Positions 39,026 to 52,788 are shown, counted from the first letter of the stretch. The stretch is DNA of 64,000 nucleotides from an uncultured Spirochaetales bacterium (GCA_964494795.1 CAZBSV010000210.1:3619-67618); one strand, 5' to 3'. The notes: generated from the sequence alone by a model not told the origin. Program-made: numbers and translations.

Positions 39026-41836
39026 TCAGTTCGAGCCTGCATCGGCACCCAATCGCTCGACACGCACCGCGCAGAACTTGAATTCGGGAATCTTGCCATC
39101 CGGATCGAGCGCGTCCGTGGTGAGCAGATTCGCCGAGGCCTCGCGGTAGTGGAACGGGATGAAGACGGCGCCCTTGTACTCGCAGTCCGCCACGCGTGCG
39201 CGCAGCGAAATGCTGCCGCGCGGGCTGGTGACGCGAACGCGATCGCCGTCTGCGACACCGAGCTCGCGCGCGTCATCGGGATGAATGCCCACGAACGCCT
39301 CGGGTTCGATCGCATCGAGCGCCTTGGCGCGGCGGGTCATCGATCCCGTGTGCCAGTGTTCGAGCACGCGGCCGGTGTTCAGCACGAGCGGATATTCGTC
39401 GTCGGGCAGCTCGTGCGCGGCCAACCACTCCGCGGGCACGAATTTCGCCCTGCCGGTCGGCGTCGGGAAGCCGTCCGAAAACAGCACCACGGGTCCGTCC
39501 TCGTGTTCGGGATCTGGATTCGGCCAGAGTTTGCCCGTGAGTCCGAGGTTTTCGTGTCGCAGCGTCGCGTACGAAGACGTCAGGCTCGCAAACTCCGCGA
39601 AGATCTCGGCCGTCGAGCGGTAGTTCATCGGACGGCCCATGCGGGTCGAGATCTCGCAGATGATCTCCCAGTCGAGGCGCGCCTGACCCGGCGGCTTCAG
39701 GGCTGGGCGCCCGATCTGCACCCGACGATCCGTATTGGTATAGGTGCCATCCTTTTCGAAGAATGCGCTCGCCGGCAGGATCACGTCCGCGAATTCCGCA
39801 GTCTCGGTCAGGAAGATGTCCTGCACGACCAGGAAGTCGAGCTTGGCTAGCGCCTTGCGGACCTTGTTGGCATTCGGATCCGAGAGGAACGGATTCTCGC
39901 CCATGATGTACATGCCGCGGATCGAACCCTCGAGGGCGCCCTGCGTGATCTCCACGACGGTGAGCCCCTTGTGGGGCGAGAGCGCTTGTCCCCAGGCGCG
40001 CTCGAACTTCTCGCGAATCTCGGGAGCCTCGACGCTCTGGTAGTCGGGGTAGACCATCGGAATCAACCCGGCATCGCTCGCACCCTGCACGTTGTTCTGC
40101 CCGCGCAGCGGATGCAGACCCGAACCGGATTTTCCGATGTTGCCGGTCAACAGCGCGAGCGCGATCAGACAGCGGGCATTGTCGGTGCCGTGGACGTGCT
40201 GGGAGATTCCCATCCCCCAGAAAATGATCGCACAGCGCGCCTTGGCAAATGTGATCGCAACCTCTCGGATCGTTTGCGCGGGAACGCCACAAATCTTGGA
40301 GACTTTCTCCGGCGGATACTTTGCGACCATTTCGCGCAGCGCGTCGTAATTCTCGGTGTACTTGTCGACGTAGGCGCGATCGACGAGATTTTCTTCGATG
40401 ATGACCTGCATCATCGCGTTGTAGAAGGCCACGTCCGTACCGGGTTTGGTGCGGCAGTAATACGCGGCGTGATCGGCGATGTCGGACCGACGAGGATCTA
40501 CCACGATCAGCTTCGTCCCGCGCTTGCTCGCCTCTTTGAAGAACGTGGCGGCGACCGGATGATTGGATGTCGTATTCGACCCAGCGATCAGCGCGGCTTC
40601 GGCGTTGGCGATATCCCCGTAGGTGGTGGTTACGGCGCCACTGCCGATGCCCTCTAGAAGAGCCGCCACGCTCGAGGCATGACACAGCCGCGTGCAGTGA
40701 TCGACGTTGTTGGTACCAAATGCCGTGCGCACCAGCTTCTGGAACAGATAGGCCTCTTCGTTGGAGCATTTGGCGCTGCCAAACCCCGCCAGCGCATCCG
40801 GACCCTCGGTGTCGCGAATGCCCGAAAAGCGGCTCGCGACGAGCTCGAGCGCCTCGTCCCAACTCGCCTCCCGAAACGCGGGCAGCACTTCGGCGTAGTC
40901 GACGAGTCCACCGGCCTTGCGACGGCCGTCGTGTTCGCCGCGCACGTCGCGAGAAATCGCGCCCTTCGGATACCGGTCGCCGCGTCGGATCAGCGGAACC
41001 GTCAGGCGCTGCGCGTGCTGCACGTAATCCCAGCCGTAGCGCCCCTTCACGCACAGCCGCGCGTGGTTGCCAGGGCTCTCCCGACCTTCGGCGAATACGA
41101 TCGCATTGCGCTTCGGGTCGACGTGGTAGGTGATCGCGCAACCCACCCCGCAATAGGGGCATACGCTGGCTACGGGCGTGAGTTCTGCGCGCGGCCGCAG
41201 CGCTGCGGACACCGCTTTATCGACGAGCGCTCCCGTCGGACACACGGCCGCGCATTCACCGCAAGAAACGCAGGTGCTCTCTCCCATCGGCAGGTCGAGG
41301 TCGAACGCGATGCGGGCCCCGTAACCCTTGCCGGTGCGACCCATCACCTCGTTGTTCTGAATTTCGTCGCAGGCGCGAATGCAGCGATCGCAGAGGATGC
41401 ACGCCTGGTGGTCGACGGCGATGACGGGCGAGCTCGAGTCCGCGGGCCGGCCATTTCCCGACGGAAAGCGGTCTGCGCGCGCCGCGTAGCGTGCCGCCAA
41501 TGCGAAGAGTTCGTTTCCACCGACCGTCGTCTGTTTCGGGTCCCGCTCGGGCGGCGGCTGATCGCACAGGAGCAGTTCGGTCAACGTCTTGCGGTGAGAC
41601 TCGATCTCGGGCGTCGAGGTCCGCACCTGCATTCCCGGCTCACAGGGTCGGACGCACGATGCCGCGAGCGTCCGGGCGCCGACATCCACCACGCACATCC
41701 GACAGACGCCGACGGGCTTCATGCGCGGTTCGTGGCAGAGAACCGGAATCTCGATTCCCACAGATCGGGCGGCATCCCAAAGGGTCGTGCCCGTGGGCGC
41801 CTCTACCGCGATGTCATCAATCGTGAGCTTGATCAT
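39026..41836 (-). CDS. fdhF: Mo/W-bisPGD formate dehydrogenase alpha subunit (FdsA/FdhF-like, Cys-ligated)
   Basis: N-terminal 2Fe-2S, CILCDRCIRAC and CVSCGECAAVCP, CPYCGVGC, DHCTRLCHASS, PLRGQNNVQG. Confidence 0.92.
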   Translation of the reverse strand: MIKLTIDDIAVEAPTGTTLWDAARSVGIEIPVLCHEPRMKPVGVCRMCVVDVGARTLAASCVRPCEPGMQVRTSTPEIESHRKTLTELLLCDQPPPERDPKQTTVGGNELFALAARYAARADRFPSGNGRPADSSSPVIAVDHQACILCDRCIRACDEIQNNEVMGRTGKGYGARIAFDLDLPMGESTCVSCGECAAVCPTGALVDKAVSAALRPRAELTPVASVCPYCGVGCAITYHVDPKRNAIVFAEGRESPGNHARLCVKGRYGWDYVQHAQRLTVPLIRRGDRYPKGAISRDVRGEHDGRRKAGGLVDYAEVLPAFREASWDEALELVASRFSGIRDTEGPDALAGFGSAKCSNEEAYLFQKLVRTAFGTNNVDHCTRLCHASSVAALLEGIGSGAVTTTYGDIANAEAALIAGSNTTSNHPVAATFFKEASKRGTKLIVVDPRRSDIADHAAYYCRTKPGTDVAFYNAMMQVIIEENLVDRAYVDKYTENYDALREMVAKYPPEKVSKICGVPAQTIREVAITFAKARCAIIFWGMGISQHVHGTDNARCLIALALLTGNIGKSGSGLHPLRGQNNVQGASDAGLIPMVYPDYQSVEAPEIREKFERAWGQALSPHKGLTVVEITQGALEGSIRGMYIMGENPFLSDPNANKVRKALAKLDFLVVQDIFLTETAEFADVILPASAFFEKDGTYTNTDRRVQIGRPALKPPGQARLDWEIICEISTRMGRPMNYRSTAEIFAEFASLTSSYATLRHENLGLTGKLWPNPDPEHEDGPVVLFSDGFPTPTGRAKFVPAEWLAAHELPDDEYPLVLNTGRVLEHWHTGSMTRRAKALDAIEPEAFVGIHPDDARELGVADGDRVRVTSPRGSISLRARVADCEYKGAVFIPFHYREASANLLTTDALDPDGKIPEFKFCAVRVERLGADAGSN

Positions 41837-41915
41837 TTCTCCGCCCGCAGCCTCGAAGTCCTGGAATCGGGGCGAGTGTAGCGGTGAATCCCGCCACTCC
41901 GCCGCTCGTGCGCAA

Positions 41916-42731
41916 TCAGCGCCCCGCGACCGCGTCGAATACGCAGATCCGCTCGCCGGGACCGATGGGAATCGCTGCGCGGCGCGTCACCGGCCGCCCA
42001 TTCAACGAGATCGAAAACGCATCTGCGACGACACTCCCCTCTAGGATTCCAATCGAAGATTGGAACGGCGCGAGGACATCCCCGAGCGTCCCGACCGGAA
42101 CCTCGAACTCGCTTCGCCCCGTCGCCAATCGCGCACGTCCTTGAAACTCGAGCGTCGCGGTCGGCCTCGGTTCGGCTTCTCGAACCGCTTCCAGATAGTC
42201 GTCGGGCGTGTTGAAGCCTCGCACGGACTCCAGATCGGGCAGCTCTTGCTCCGAAAGCTTTCGATAACCGAGCCGCTCGAGAAGCTGCAGCGGGCGGGCG
42301 CGCCCCTCCGCGAACATCGCGTCGATCTGCTCGGATGCGCGGCGCGGATACACGGCCGCGAGGGTCTGGACGTGCCCGTCGACTTCAGCTGCGGCCGCGC
42401 AGCCGCAGGAGAGCAGTGCCTTTACGAAGGCCGGCGAGAGGAATGGGGCGTCGGTTCCCGTTACGAACGCGTATTCGGTGCGAATCTGCCCAAGCCCCTC
42501 TCGAATGCCCGCTAGCGGCCCGAGTGCGGGTTCGCGATCGCGAACCACGCGCGCTTGGAGCGGCGGCAGCTCGAGCGAATCGGATGCGACCACGACGACC
42601 TCGTCGACGATCGACTGCAAGATGGACACGACGTGAGCAATCATCGGCTGGCCCCGCCAGGGCAACCAGGCTTTGTCGCGGCCCATGCGAGAGGATTTCC
42701 CGCCGCACAGCACGATCCCAGCCGCGCCCAC
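41916..42731 (-). CDS. mobA: Molybdenum cofactor guanylyltransferase with C-terminal MoaD/ThiS-like domain
   Basis: LCGGKSSRMGRDKA, GPLAGI, TDAPF, GFNTPDDY; C-terminal ubiquitin-like fold ending VAGR. Confidence 0.88.
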   Translation of the reverse strand: MGAAGIVLCGGKSSRMGRDKAWLPWRGQPMIAHVVSILQSIVDEVVVVASDSLELPPLQARVVRDREPALGPLAGIREGLGQIRTEYAFVTGTDAPFLSPAFVKALLSCGCAAAAEVDGHVQTLAAVYPRRASEQIDAMFAEGRARPLQLLERLGYRKLSEQELPDLESVRGFNTPDDYLEAVREAEPRPTATLEFQGRARLATGRSEFEVPVGTLGDVLAPFQSSIGILEGSVVADAFSISLNGRPVTRRAAIPIGPGERICVFDAVAGR

Positions 42732-42734
42732 GCC

Positions 42735-44333
42735 TCAACGCCGCGGGGTCGTCGTCGGAAAATTCTTGAGGATCGAAAGCAGCGGCCCCAGCGCAACCTG
42801 TCCGAGCCCGCAGATGCTGGTGCGAGCGAGCGTCGCGTGGAGCGCTTCGAGTTCGCTTCGCTGCTCATCGGAGACGTCGTCGGCGATCTCCAACAGCTTG
42901 ACCGCCTTTTCGGTGCCGACCCGACAGGGCACGCATTTGCCGCAGCTTTCGTTGCGGAAAAAGCGCGTCACATTGCGCCCCGCTTCGAGCAGATCGCTCG
43001 ACCGCCCGACGAACACCGCAGCGCCCGAACCCAGCATCGAGCCGGCGGCTTCGAGCGTGCCGAAATCGATCGGCACGTCGAGCCGATCCGGCGGCAGGAA
43101 GTTGCTCGACGCGCCGCCGGGAGCGATCGCGATCAGCTCTTGCCCGTCGCGCATTCCCCCGCAGCGCTCGAGCAGTTCGCCCAGAGTCGCGCCCATCGGG
43201 ATCAGCACCACGCCCGGCCGTTCCACATCGCCGCTGACGCTGATGAATTTATGCCCCGCGTGGTCCGCCTTGCCGAGCGAACGCCACCAGTCGACGCCGT
43301 GTCGGAGAATTCCCGTGGCGTGCGCGAAGGTCTCGACATTGTTGATCAGGGTCGGTTGATTCCAGAGCCCCTCGACGCCCGGAAACGGCGGCTTGTTGCG
43401 CGGCTCCCCACGCCGATCCTCCATGCACTCGAGCAGTGCGGTTTCTTCGCCGAGGATGTAACCGCCGGGCGAGACGAAGACCTCGAGCTCGAAGTTGAAA
43501 TCGCTGCCGAAGACGTGCTGCCCGAGTGCGCCCGCCGCATACGCGGCATCGATCGCGGCCTGGAGGGCCACGCGCTCGGGCTCGTATTCGTGCCGGATGA
43601 ACACCCAACCGCGCTCGGCACCGACGCAGTACGCGCCGAGCGCCATGCCCTCGATCACCAGATGCGACAGGTCGCGAAGCACCTCCCGATCCTTGAAGGT
43701 ACCCGGCTCGCTCTCGTCGGCGTTACAGATGACATACTTCGGCGTTGCTGGTTCGGCCGCCACCAACGTCCATTTCTTGCCGGTGGGAAAGCCGGCTCCA
43801 CCCATTCCCCTCAGACCGGAAGCCTCGAGGGTCCGCGCAAGCGCCGAGCGATCTGCGCCGAGTGCCGACCGCAGCGCCCCGTAGCGGTCCGCGGAATTCC
43901 GATAGATCTCGGCCTCCCCCCAGCCCGGAGTCGTTCGAGGCTCGGGATCCGGATCGCGCCCATCGACGATCGCGACGATGTCGCGCGTCTCGCTCGTCGA
44001 GACGACGTCGTGGCCGATGAACGCAGCGGGCGCCCGATCGCAGCGACCGATGCACGAAATTTCGCGGATCTCCACGTCGTCGCGTCCCGCGAGCGCCGCG
44101 CGCAAGCGCTCGCTGGCTTCGCGGCCCCCGGCCATCGCGCACGAGAGATCGCGGCAAACTGCCAGCTCCACGCGCTTCGGGGGCGTGCGTCGAAAGTGGG
44201 TGTAAAAGCTCGAGACGCTCTCGAGCCGGTGCAGGGGAAGTTCGAGCCGCTTGGCGAGCGCGCCGAGTTCTGACGGACTCAGCCAACCGTCACGCTCCTG
44301 GAGCAGCGTCAGTTCATGAACGAGCGCTCGCAC
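42735..44333 (-). CDS. Fused NuoE/NuoF-like diaphorase (FdsG-FdsB-like)
   Basis: VCRDLSC...SCIGRC (2Fe-2S), SGLRGMGGAGFPTG, CNADESEPG, YILGEETAL, ESCGKCVPCR...SICGLG. Confidence 0.88.
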   Translation of the reverse strand: MRALVHELTLLQERDGWLSPSELGALAKRLELPLHRLESVSSFYTHFRRTPPKRVELAVCRDLSCAMAGGREASERLRAALAGRDDVEIREISCIGRCDRAPAAFIGHDVVSTSETRDIVAIVDGRDPDPEPRTTPGWGEAEIYRNSADRYGALRSALGADRSALARTLEASGLRGMGGAGFPTGKKWTLVAAEPATPKYVICNADESEPGTFKDREVLRDLSHLVIEGMALGAYCVGAERGWVFIRHEYEPERVALQAAIDAAYAAGALGQHVFGSDFNFELEVFVSPGGYILGEETALLECMEDRRGEPRNKPPFPGVEGLWNQPTLINNVETFAHATGILRHGVDWWRSLGKADHAGHKFISVSGDVERPGVVLIPMGATLGELLERCGGMRDGQELIAIAPGGASSNFLPPDRLDVPIDFGTLEAAGSMLGSGAAVFVGRSSDLLEAGRNVTRFFRNESCGKCVPCRVGTEKAVKLLEIADDVSDEQRSELEALHATLARTSICGLGQVALGPLLSILKNFPTTTPRR

Positions 44334-44390
44334 CGCACAATCTCCCCGATTTCCCCGACTGCCACGCCCCTAAGCCGCCCATCCAATTTA

Positions 44391-44434
44391 CCAGCGGCCA
44401 ACCCGCGATTTCCCGGCGGCCAACGCGCCGTTTC
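44391..44434. repeat. Imperfect 22-bp tandem repeat upstream of the FDH unit
   Basis: CCAGCGGCCAACCCGCGATTTC / CCGGCGGCCAACGCGCCGTTTC (18/22 identical). Confidence 0.6.
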
Positions 44435-44468
44435 GATTGGGCGGATCGGCGACCTTCGCGCGCGGCGG

Positions 44469-45347
44469 TTATCGACTCAGGCCCGCAACGCTCGCGGCCA
44501 GCGTGGATCCAATCTCGGCGGGCGAGCGCGATACCACCACCCCGGCAGCCTCCAGCGCGGCAATCTTATCGCTCGCCCGCCCCTTGCCGCCCGCGATGAT
44601 CGCACCGGCGTGGCCCATGCGCTTGCCGGGCGGCGCATTTTGTCCCGCGATGAAAGCGACGACGGGTGTCTTCATCTGCCCCTTGATGAACTCCGCGGCT
44701 TCTTCTTCCGCGGAGCCGCCGATCTCGCCGATCATCACGATGGCCTTGGTCTCGGGATCCGCCTCGAAAAGGCGCAACGCGTCGATGAAGGTCGTCCCGA
44801 TGATCGGATCTCCGCCGATTCCGAGGCAGGTCGTCTGGCCGATCCCGAGCCGCGAGAGCTGGTCGACGGCCTCGTAGGTGAGGGTTCCCGAGCGGGAAAC
44901 GACTCCGACCGGGCCGGGTCGGGTGATTTCCGCGGGCATGATGCCGATTCGACACTGACCGGGCGTGACCACTCCGGGGCAGTTCGGCCCGATCAGTCGC
45001 ATCGCGGATCCCGCGAGCGCCCGCTTGGCGCGCAGCATGTCGAGCGCGGGGATTCCCTCGGTGATGCACACCGCCAGTTCGATCCCCGCGTCGGCGGCCT
45101 CCAGCACGGCGTCGGCCGCGCCGGGCGGCGGAACGAAGATCACCGAAGCATTGGCGCCGGTCTGCTGGACGGCTTCGCGAACGGTGTCGAATACGCGAAT
45201 CCCGTCGATCAGCTGTCCGCCCTTGCCGGGCGCAACCCCTCCGACGACCTGCGTCCCGTATTCGATCGAGAGTTTCGCGTGGCGCCGACCCATTCGGCCG
45301 AGGCCCTGGATCAGAAGCTTGGTCGAGCTGTCGCAGAGAATCGCCAC
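44469..45347 (-). CDS. sucD: Succinyl-CoA synthetase alpha
   Basis: [35 protein letters not shown]. Confidence 0.96.
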   Translation of the reverse strand: MAILCDSSTKLLIQGLGRMGRRHAKLSIEYGTQVVGGVAPGKGGQLIDGIRVFDTVREAVQQTGANASVIFVPPPGAADAVLEAADAGIELAVCITEGIPALDMLRAKRALAGSAMRLIGPNCPGVVTPGQCRIGIMPAEITRPGPVGVVSRSGTLTYEAVDQLSRLGIGQTTCLGIGGDPIIGTTFIDALRLFEADPETKAIVMIGEIGGSAEEEAAEFIKGQMKTPVVAFIAGQNAPPGKRMGHAGAIIAGGKGRASDKIAALEAAGVVVSRSPAEIGSTLAASVAGLSR

Positions 45348-45349
45348 CG

Positions 45350-48745
<3,396 letters not shown>

Positions 48746-48821
48746 GGCGGAAGCGATATAAGCAATCCTTGGCGAACCCGCCATCTCGCATGGCGAACCG
48801 CGAATCGATCGGTCGCTTGAT

Positions 48822-50609
48822 TCATCCGCCCCGCTTTGGAGCTGTGGCTAGGCGAATCTGGAGCTCATCGAGCTGTTTCTGGTCGACTACCGTCGGGGCA
48901 TCCATCAAGAGGTCCTGGCCCCGCTGGGTCTTCGGAAACGCGATCACGTCGCGCAGGTTGTCGGCGCCCGCTAGAACCATCACCCAGCGATCGAGCCCAT
49001 ACGCAAAACCACCATGGGGTGGCGCGCCCGCGTCGAGGGCGTTCAGCAGGAAGCCAAATCGCGACTCCGCGTCCTGCTTCGAGTAGCCCATGATCTCGAG
49101 AATGCGGCGCTGGACGTCGGAGCGGTGGTTGCGAAGGCTGCCAGAACCGAGCTCGACGCCGTTGACGACCACGTCGTAGTGGGTGCCGCGCACCTGCTCG
49201 GGTGCGGTTTCGAGCAACGCGATGTCCTCGTCGACGGGCGCAACGAAGGGTTGGTGGACGTAGGTGAGGTCGCCGCCCTCGTCGCGCTGAAAGATCGGGA
49301 AGTCGACGACAAAGAGCATATCCCAGGCTCGATCGTCCATCCGGCCGAGCTGTCGGCCGAGATCCGAGCGCAGACGCGAGAGCACGGCGTTGGCTCGGGA
49401 TTCTTCGTCGGCCTGGAACAGCAGCAGCGTCCCCGGCCGAGCGCCCGTGCGAGACGTGATCGCTGCGCGCTCCTCGTCGGAGAAGAATTTGACGATCGGA
49501 GATTGCCAGGAGCCGTCCTCGCCGACACGGATCCACGCGAGGCCCTTGGCGCCGAGCTCTTTCTTCACGAACGTCTCGAGGCGATCCACCGCCCCGCGAC
49601 CGAATTCCTGGGCGTCGTGGATCGGCAAGCATTTTGCGATTCCGCCAGCGTCGATCGCGGATCGGAACGCCCGGAATCCGCTCTCCCGAAACACATCGCT
49701 CAGGTCGACGAGTTCGAGTTGGATCCGGGTGTCCGGGCGATCGGACCCGAAGCGCGCGAGCGCTTCCGCATAGGAGATGCGCGCAAAGGGTCGTGGGACA
49801 TCGACCCCGATCACCTGCTGAAAGACGCCCGCCGTCAACTCCTCGAGCACGCCGAGCACGTCTTCGACGCCCACGAAAGACATTTCGAGATCGATCTGGG
49901 TGAACTCGAGCTGTCGATCCGCGCGCTGATCCTCGTCGCGGAAGCAGCGGGCGATCTGGAAGTAGCGGTCGAGACCGGCCACCATCAGCAGCTGCTTCAT
50001 GATCTGCGGCGATTGAGGCAGCGCGTAGAACTCGCCCGGCTGAAGCCGACTCGGAACCAAGAAATCGCGAGCACCTTCCGGAGTCGACTTCGTGAGCATC
50101 GGCGTTTCGATCTCGAGAAACTTCTGCCCGCAGAGAATCCGGCGCGTCACCTGGTAGAGCTCGTGGCGGATCCTCAGGTTGCGCTGCAGCGGCGCCCTGC
50201 GCAGGTCGTGGATCCGATAGCGCAGACGGGTCGCCTCATCGACACCCGGATTGTCCTCCAGTGGGAACGGGGGAGGCGTCGCGCGGTTCAGCAGGCGCAG
50301 CTCCTGGGCGACGACTTCGATCTCGCCGGTCGCCATCTTGGGGTTGACGCTGTCGGGAGTCCGCCGCTGCACGGTCCCGCGCACGAGGATCACGTACTCG
50401 GAGCGGATCTCTCCGGCCCGCTCGTGGCTCTCGGGCGATTCTTCGGGTCGGAAGACGACCTGAAGCAACCCCTGGTGGTCGCGGAGGTCGACGAAGATCA
50501 ATCCGCCGTGATCGCGCCGGCGCTGCACCCAACCTGCGACGACGACCTCTCGGCCCACGTCCGCAAGCGTCACCGCAGCGCACGCGTGGCTGCGGCGCAG
50601 GGACCCCAT
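48822..50609 (-). CDS. aspS: Aspartyl-tRNA synthetase (probably non-discriminating Asp/Asn)
   Basis: [37 protein letters not shown]; start 50609 or 50639. Confidence 0.95.
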   Translation of the reverse strand: MGSLRRSHACAAVTLADVGREVVVAGWVQRRRDHGGLIFVDLRDHQGLLQVVFRPEESPESHERAGEIRSEYVILVRGTVQRRTPDSVNPKMATGEIEVVAQELRLLNRATPPPFPLEDNPGVDEATRLRYRIHDLRRAPLQRNLRIRHELYQVTRRILCGQKFLEIETPMLTKSTPEGARDFLVPSRLQPGEFYALPQSPQIMKQLLMVAGLDRYFQIARCFRDEDQRADRQLEFTQIDLEMSFVGVEDVLGVLEELTAGVFQQVIGVDVPRPFARISYAEALARFGSDRPDTRIQLELVDLSDVFRESGFRAFRSAIDAGGIAKCLPIHDAQEFGRGAVDRLETFVKKELGAKGLAWIRVGEDGSWQSPIVKFFSDEERAAITSRTGARPGTLLLFQADEESRANAVLSRLRSDLGRQLGRMDDRAWDMLFVVDFPIFQRDEGGDLTYVHQPFVAPVDEDIALLETAPEQVRGTHYDVVVNGVELGSGSLRNHRSDVQRRILEIMGYSKQDAESRFGFLLNALDAGAPPHGGFAYGLDRWVMVLAGADNLRDVIAFPKTQRGQDLLMDAPTVVDQKQLDELQIRLATAPKRGG

Positions 50610-50708
50610 CCCGTCGAGTGTGGAACCCGCTCGCGTCACCGCGCTCCTCGAGGCTCTCGATGCAATAGAAAAGGCCAGTGAAATCGGGCACTTGGTTAGC
50701 AGAGCCGA

Positions 50709-50846
50709 GCATGAATTGTCAATCCGTCACAGCATGAATTGTCAATCCGCCGCGGCAGGAATCGTCGATCCGCCGCGGCAGGAATCGTCGATCCGTCGCG
50801 GCATGAATCGTCGATCCGTCGCGGCATGAATCGTCGATCCGCTGCG
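50709..50846. repeat. 23-bp tandem array x6 with internal palindrome
   Basis: GCA(T/G)GAAT(T/C)GTC(A/G)ATCCG(N)5 units at 50709, 50732, 50755, 50778, 50801, 50824; no spacers. Confidence 0.93.
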
Positions 50847-50867
50847 GGGCGGACGGCGATTTTTCGC

Positions 50868-52256
50868 TCAGAGATCCGCCGCGGAGCAGACGCAGTTTCG
50901 ACCGAGCGACTTGGCGCGATACATCGCCTTGTCGGCCACGTCGAGCAGGCGGGTCCGGTCGCGCGCGTGCTGCGGGAACGTCGCGACACCGATGCTGATG
51001 CTCAGACGAAACGGCGTGTCGCGCCCCGCTTCGAACGACGTTTCCTCTACCAGTCGGCGGATCCTCTCGGCAATCAAGAGAGCGACATCATGTTGTGTAT
51101 CTGGAAGCAGTATCGTGAATTCGTCTCCGCCATAACGCGCCAGGGTGTCGACCTGGCGAATGCAGGTCGAAAGCACCTCGCTGAGCCTGCGGAGAGCGCG
51201 CGAACCGACGAGATGCCCGTACTGGTCGTTGACCAGTTTGAAGCGATCGAGATCGAGGAACAAGACGGTCAACGCGTTTCCGTAACGATCCGCGCGGTGG
51301 ATCTCGCGGTCCGTGGCCTGCAGCAGGTAGCGCGCGTTGTAGACCTCGGTAACGTCGTCGATGAAGGCTCGCTCCTTCGCCTCGTTGTATCGCTCGGCGT
51401 TGCGAAGAGCGAGCTCAGCGTGGCCCGCGATCAGCTTCGCGCGATCGAACTCCGTGGGATCGAAGGGCCGGCCGTCTTCGAACAACCACAAGACACCGAT
51501 CTCGCGATCGCTTCCGCGCATCGGAATTGCGGCGACGGTCCCGCACTCGATTCCGACGCCGCGAAGCGTGTCGTGCAGCGGTCCGTCGCTGAGGATCTCG
51601 ATGCGCGAGATGGCGTCGATGTCGATCGATTTGTCGCCCACGAGCGATTCGCGAAGCGCGCGCGTCTCCAATTCCGAAAACCCGCGAAACGCGATGCCGT
51701 CGGTCGGAATCGAGCCGCGGTGAAACAGCGCGAGGCCCCGCTGGCGCGGAAGGTGTTGAAGCAACAGATCCAGCACCGTCGTATACACCTCGGCGGGCTC
51801 GAGGCAGCGCAGCAGGCTGCGGCAGGACTCCAGCGTGAGCAGGTCTTGGCGCAGCTTCACATTTTCGTCGAGCAGGCGTCGCTGCGCGAGGATTCGATCC
51901 ACGACGAGCGCGAGTTCGTCTTGGTTGATGGGCTTGGTGAGATAGTCGGCGGCCCCCATTCGCAGTGCGCCCACCGCGCTCTCGACCGTCGCATTGCCGG
52001 TCAACAGCATGAAATCGGTCGACGGATGCGTGCGCCGGATCTCTTCGAGGAGTTCGACCCCAGACAGACCGGGCATCGTCAGATCGGAAACGATCAGATC
52101 CGCGGGCTCCCGCCGCAGGGCCTCGAGTGCGGCCTGGGACGAGTCGCAGCACTCGACGCGAGCGCGGTTGCCAATCGCGTCGCGCACCATCTCACGGATC
52201 AGACGATCATCGTCGACGACGACGACGCGGGCGGTCACGTCGCGCCCAGCGGCCAT
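50868..52256 (-). CDS. REC-GAF-GGDEF diguanylate cyclase
   Basis: VVVDDD...IVSDLTMP...KP; GAF-like middle; RQVD I-site and ARYGGDEF active site. Confidence 0.92.
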   Translation of the reverse strand: MAAGRDVTARVVVVDDDRLIREMVRDAIGNRARVECCDSSQAALEALRREPADLIVSDLTMPGLSGVELLEEIRRTHPSTDFMLLTGNATVESAVGALRMGAADYLTKPINQDELALVVDRILAQRRLLDENVKLRQDLLTLESCRSLLRCLEPAEVYTTVLDLLLQHLPRQRGLALFHRGSIPTDGIAFRGFSELETRALRESLVGDKSIDIDAISRIEILSDGPLHDTLRGVGIECGTVAAIPMRGSDREIGVLWLFEDGRPFDPTEFDRAKLIAGHAELALRNAERYNEAKERAFIDDVTEVYNARYLLQATDREIHRADRYGNALTVLFLDLDRFKLVNDQYGHLVGSRALRRLSEVLSTCIRQVDTLARYGGDEFTILLPDTQHDVALLIAERIRRLVEETSFEAGRDTPFRLSISIGVATFPQHARDRTRLLDVADKAMYRAKSLGRNCVCSAADL

Positions 52257-52580
52257 TCTACTCTCCTCCGCTAGTTAGAATCGGCGGCCGGAGTTGCGCG
52301 CTTGAGAAAGAGCCATCTGTGGGCGAAAAGGCCCGCCCGTGATCGCTCGGCGGCACAACCACCCTCCAGCGCCGACCCGAATCCTCGCTTCGCAAGATCG
52401 CGCACGCTCGAACGATCCCTAAATCGCGCACTCCACCCTTCCCATCCTCATTCCCGCTGGTTTCGGAATCCACCCACACCCAAGAACTCGATCCTCCGGG
52501 AATCGCCGATCCAATCTCCGATGCAACGTTAGCGGGTGCCATCTACTCCATCAGACAGCGGACACACTACTGGAACCCGA

Positions 52581-52788
52581 CGCCGAGCCCGGTCGGCCAT
52601 CGCGCTCAAACACCATGTCGCGCGATGGCCGACCGGGCTCGGCGCCGCGCTGCTGAGGTTCGGATGGCTGCGGCCAATTGGCAATTGTGGCTTTCCGCCG
52701 CGCCAGCGTGCGCGCCGCAAGGAGCGGGAGACGAGAGAGCATCGCGCGACGTGGGGTTCGAGCGCGATGCTCTCTCGTCTCCTGCTCC
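52581..52788. other. Twin long-hairpin element with complementary loops (candidate ncRNA or REPIN/MITE-like element)
   Basis: 25-bp perfect IR 52581-52605/52620-52644; 27-bp IR 52721-52747/52762-52788 with one G-T; both loops 14 nt. Confidence 0.8.

Noticed and set aside
44334-44468. Moco riboswitch upstream of the FDH/mobA unit
   Set aside because: Conserved core and stems could not be identified
50661-50677. Sigma54-like TGGC...TTGC upstream of aspS (also 52522-52541)
   Set aside because: GG-GC spacing is 11 and 14 nt; 10 is required
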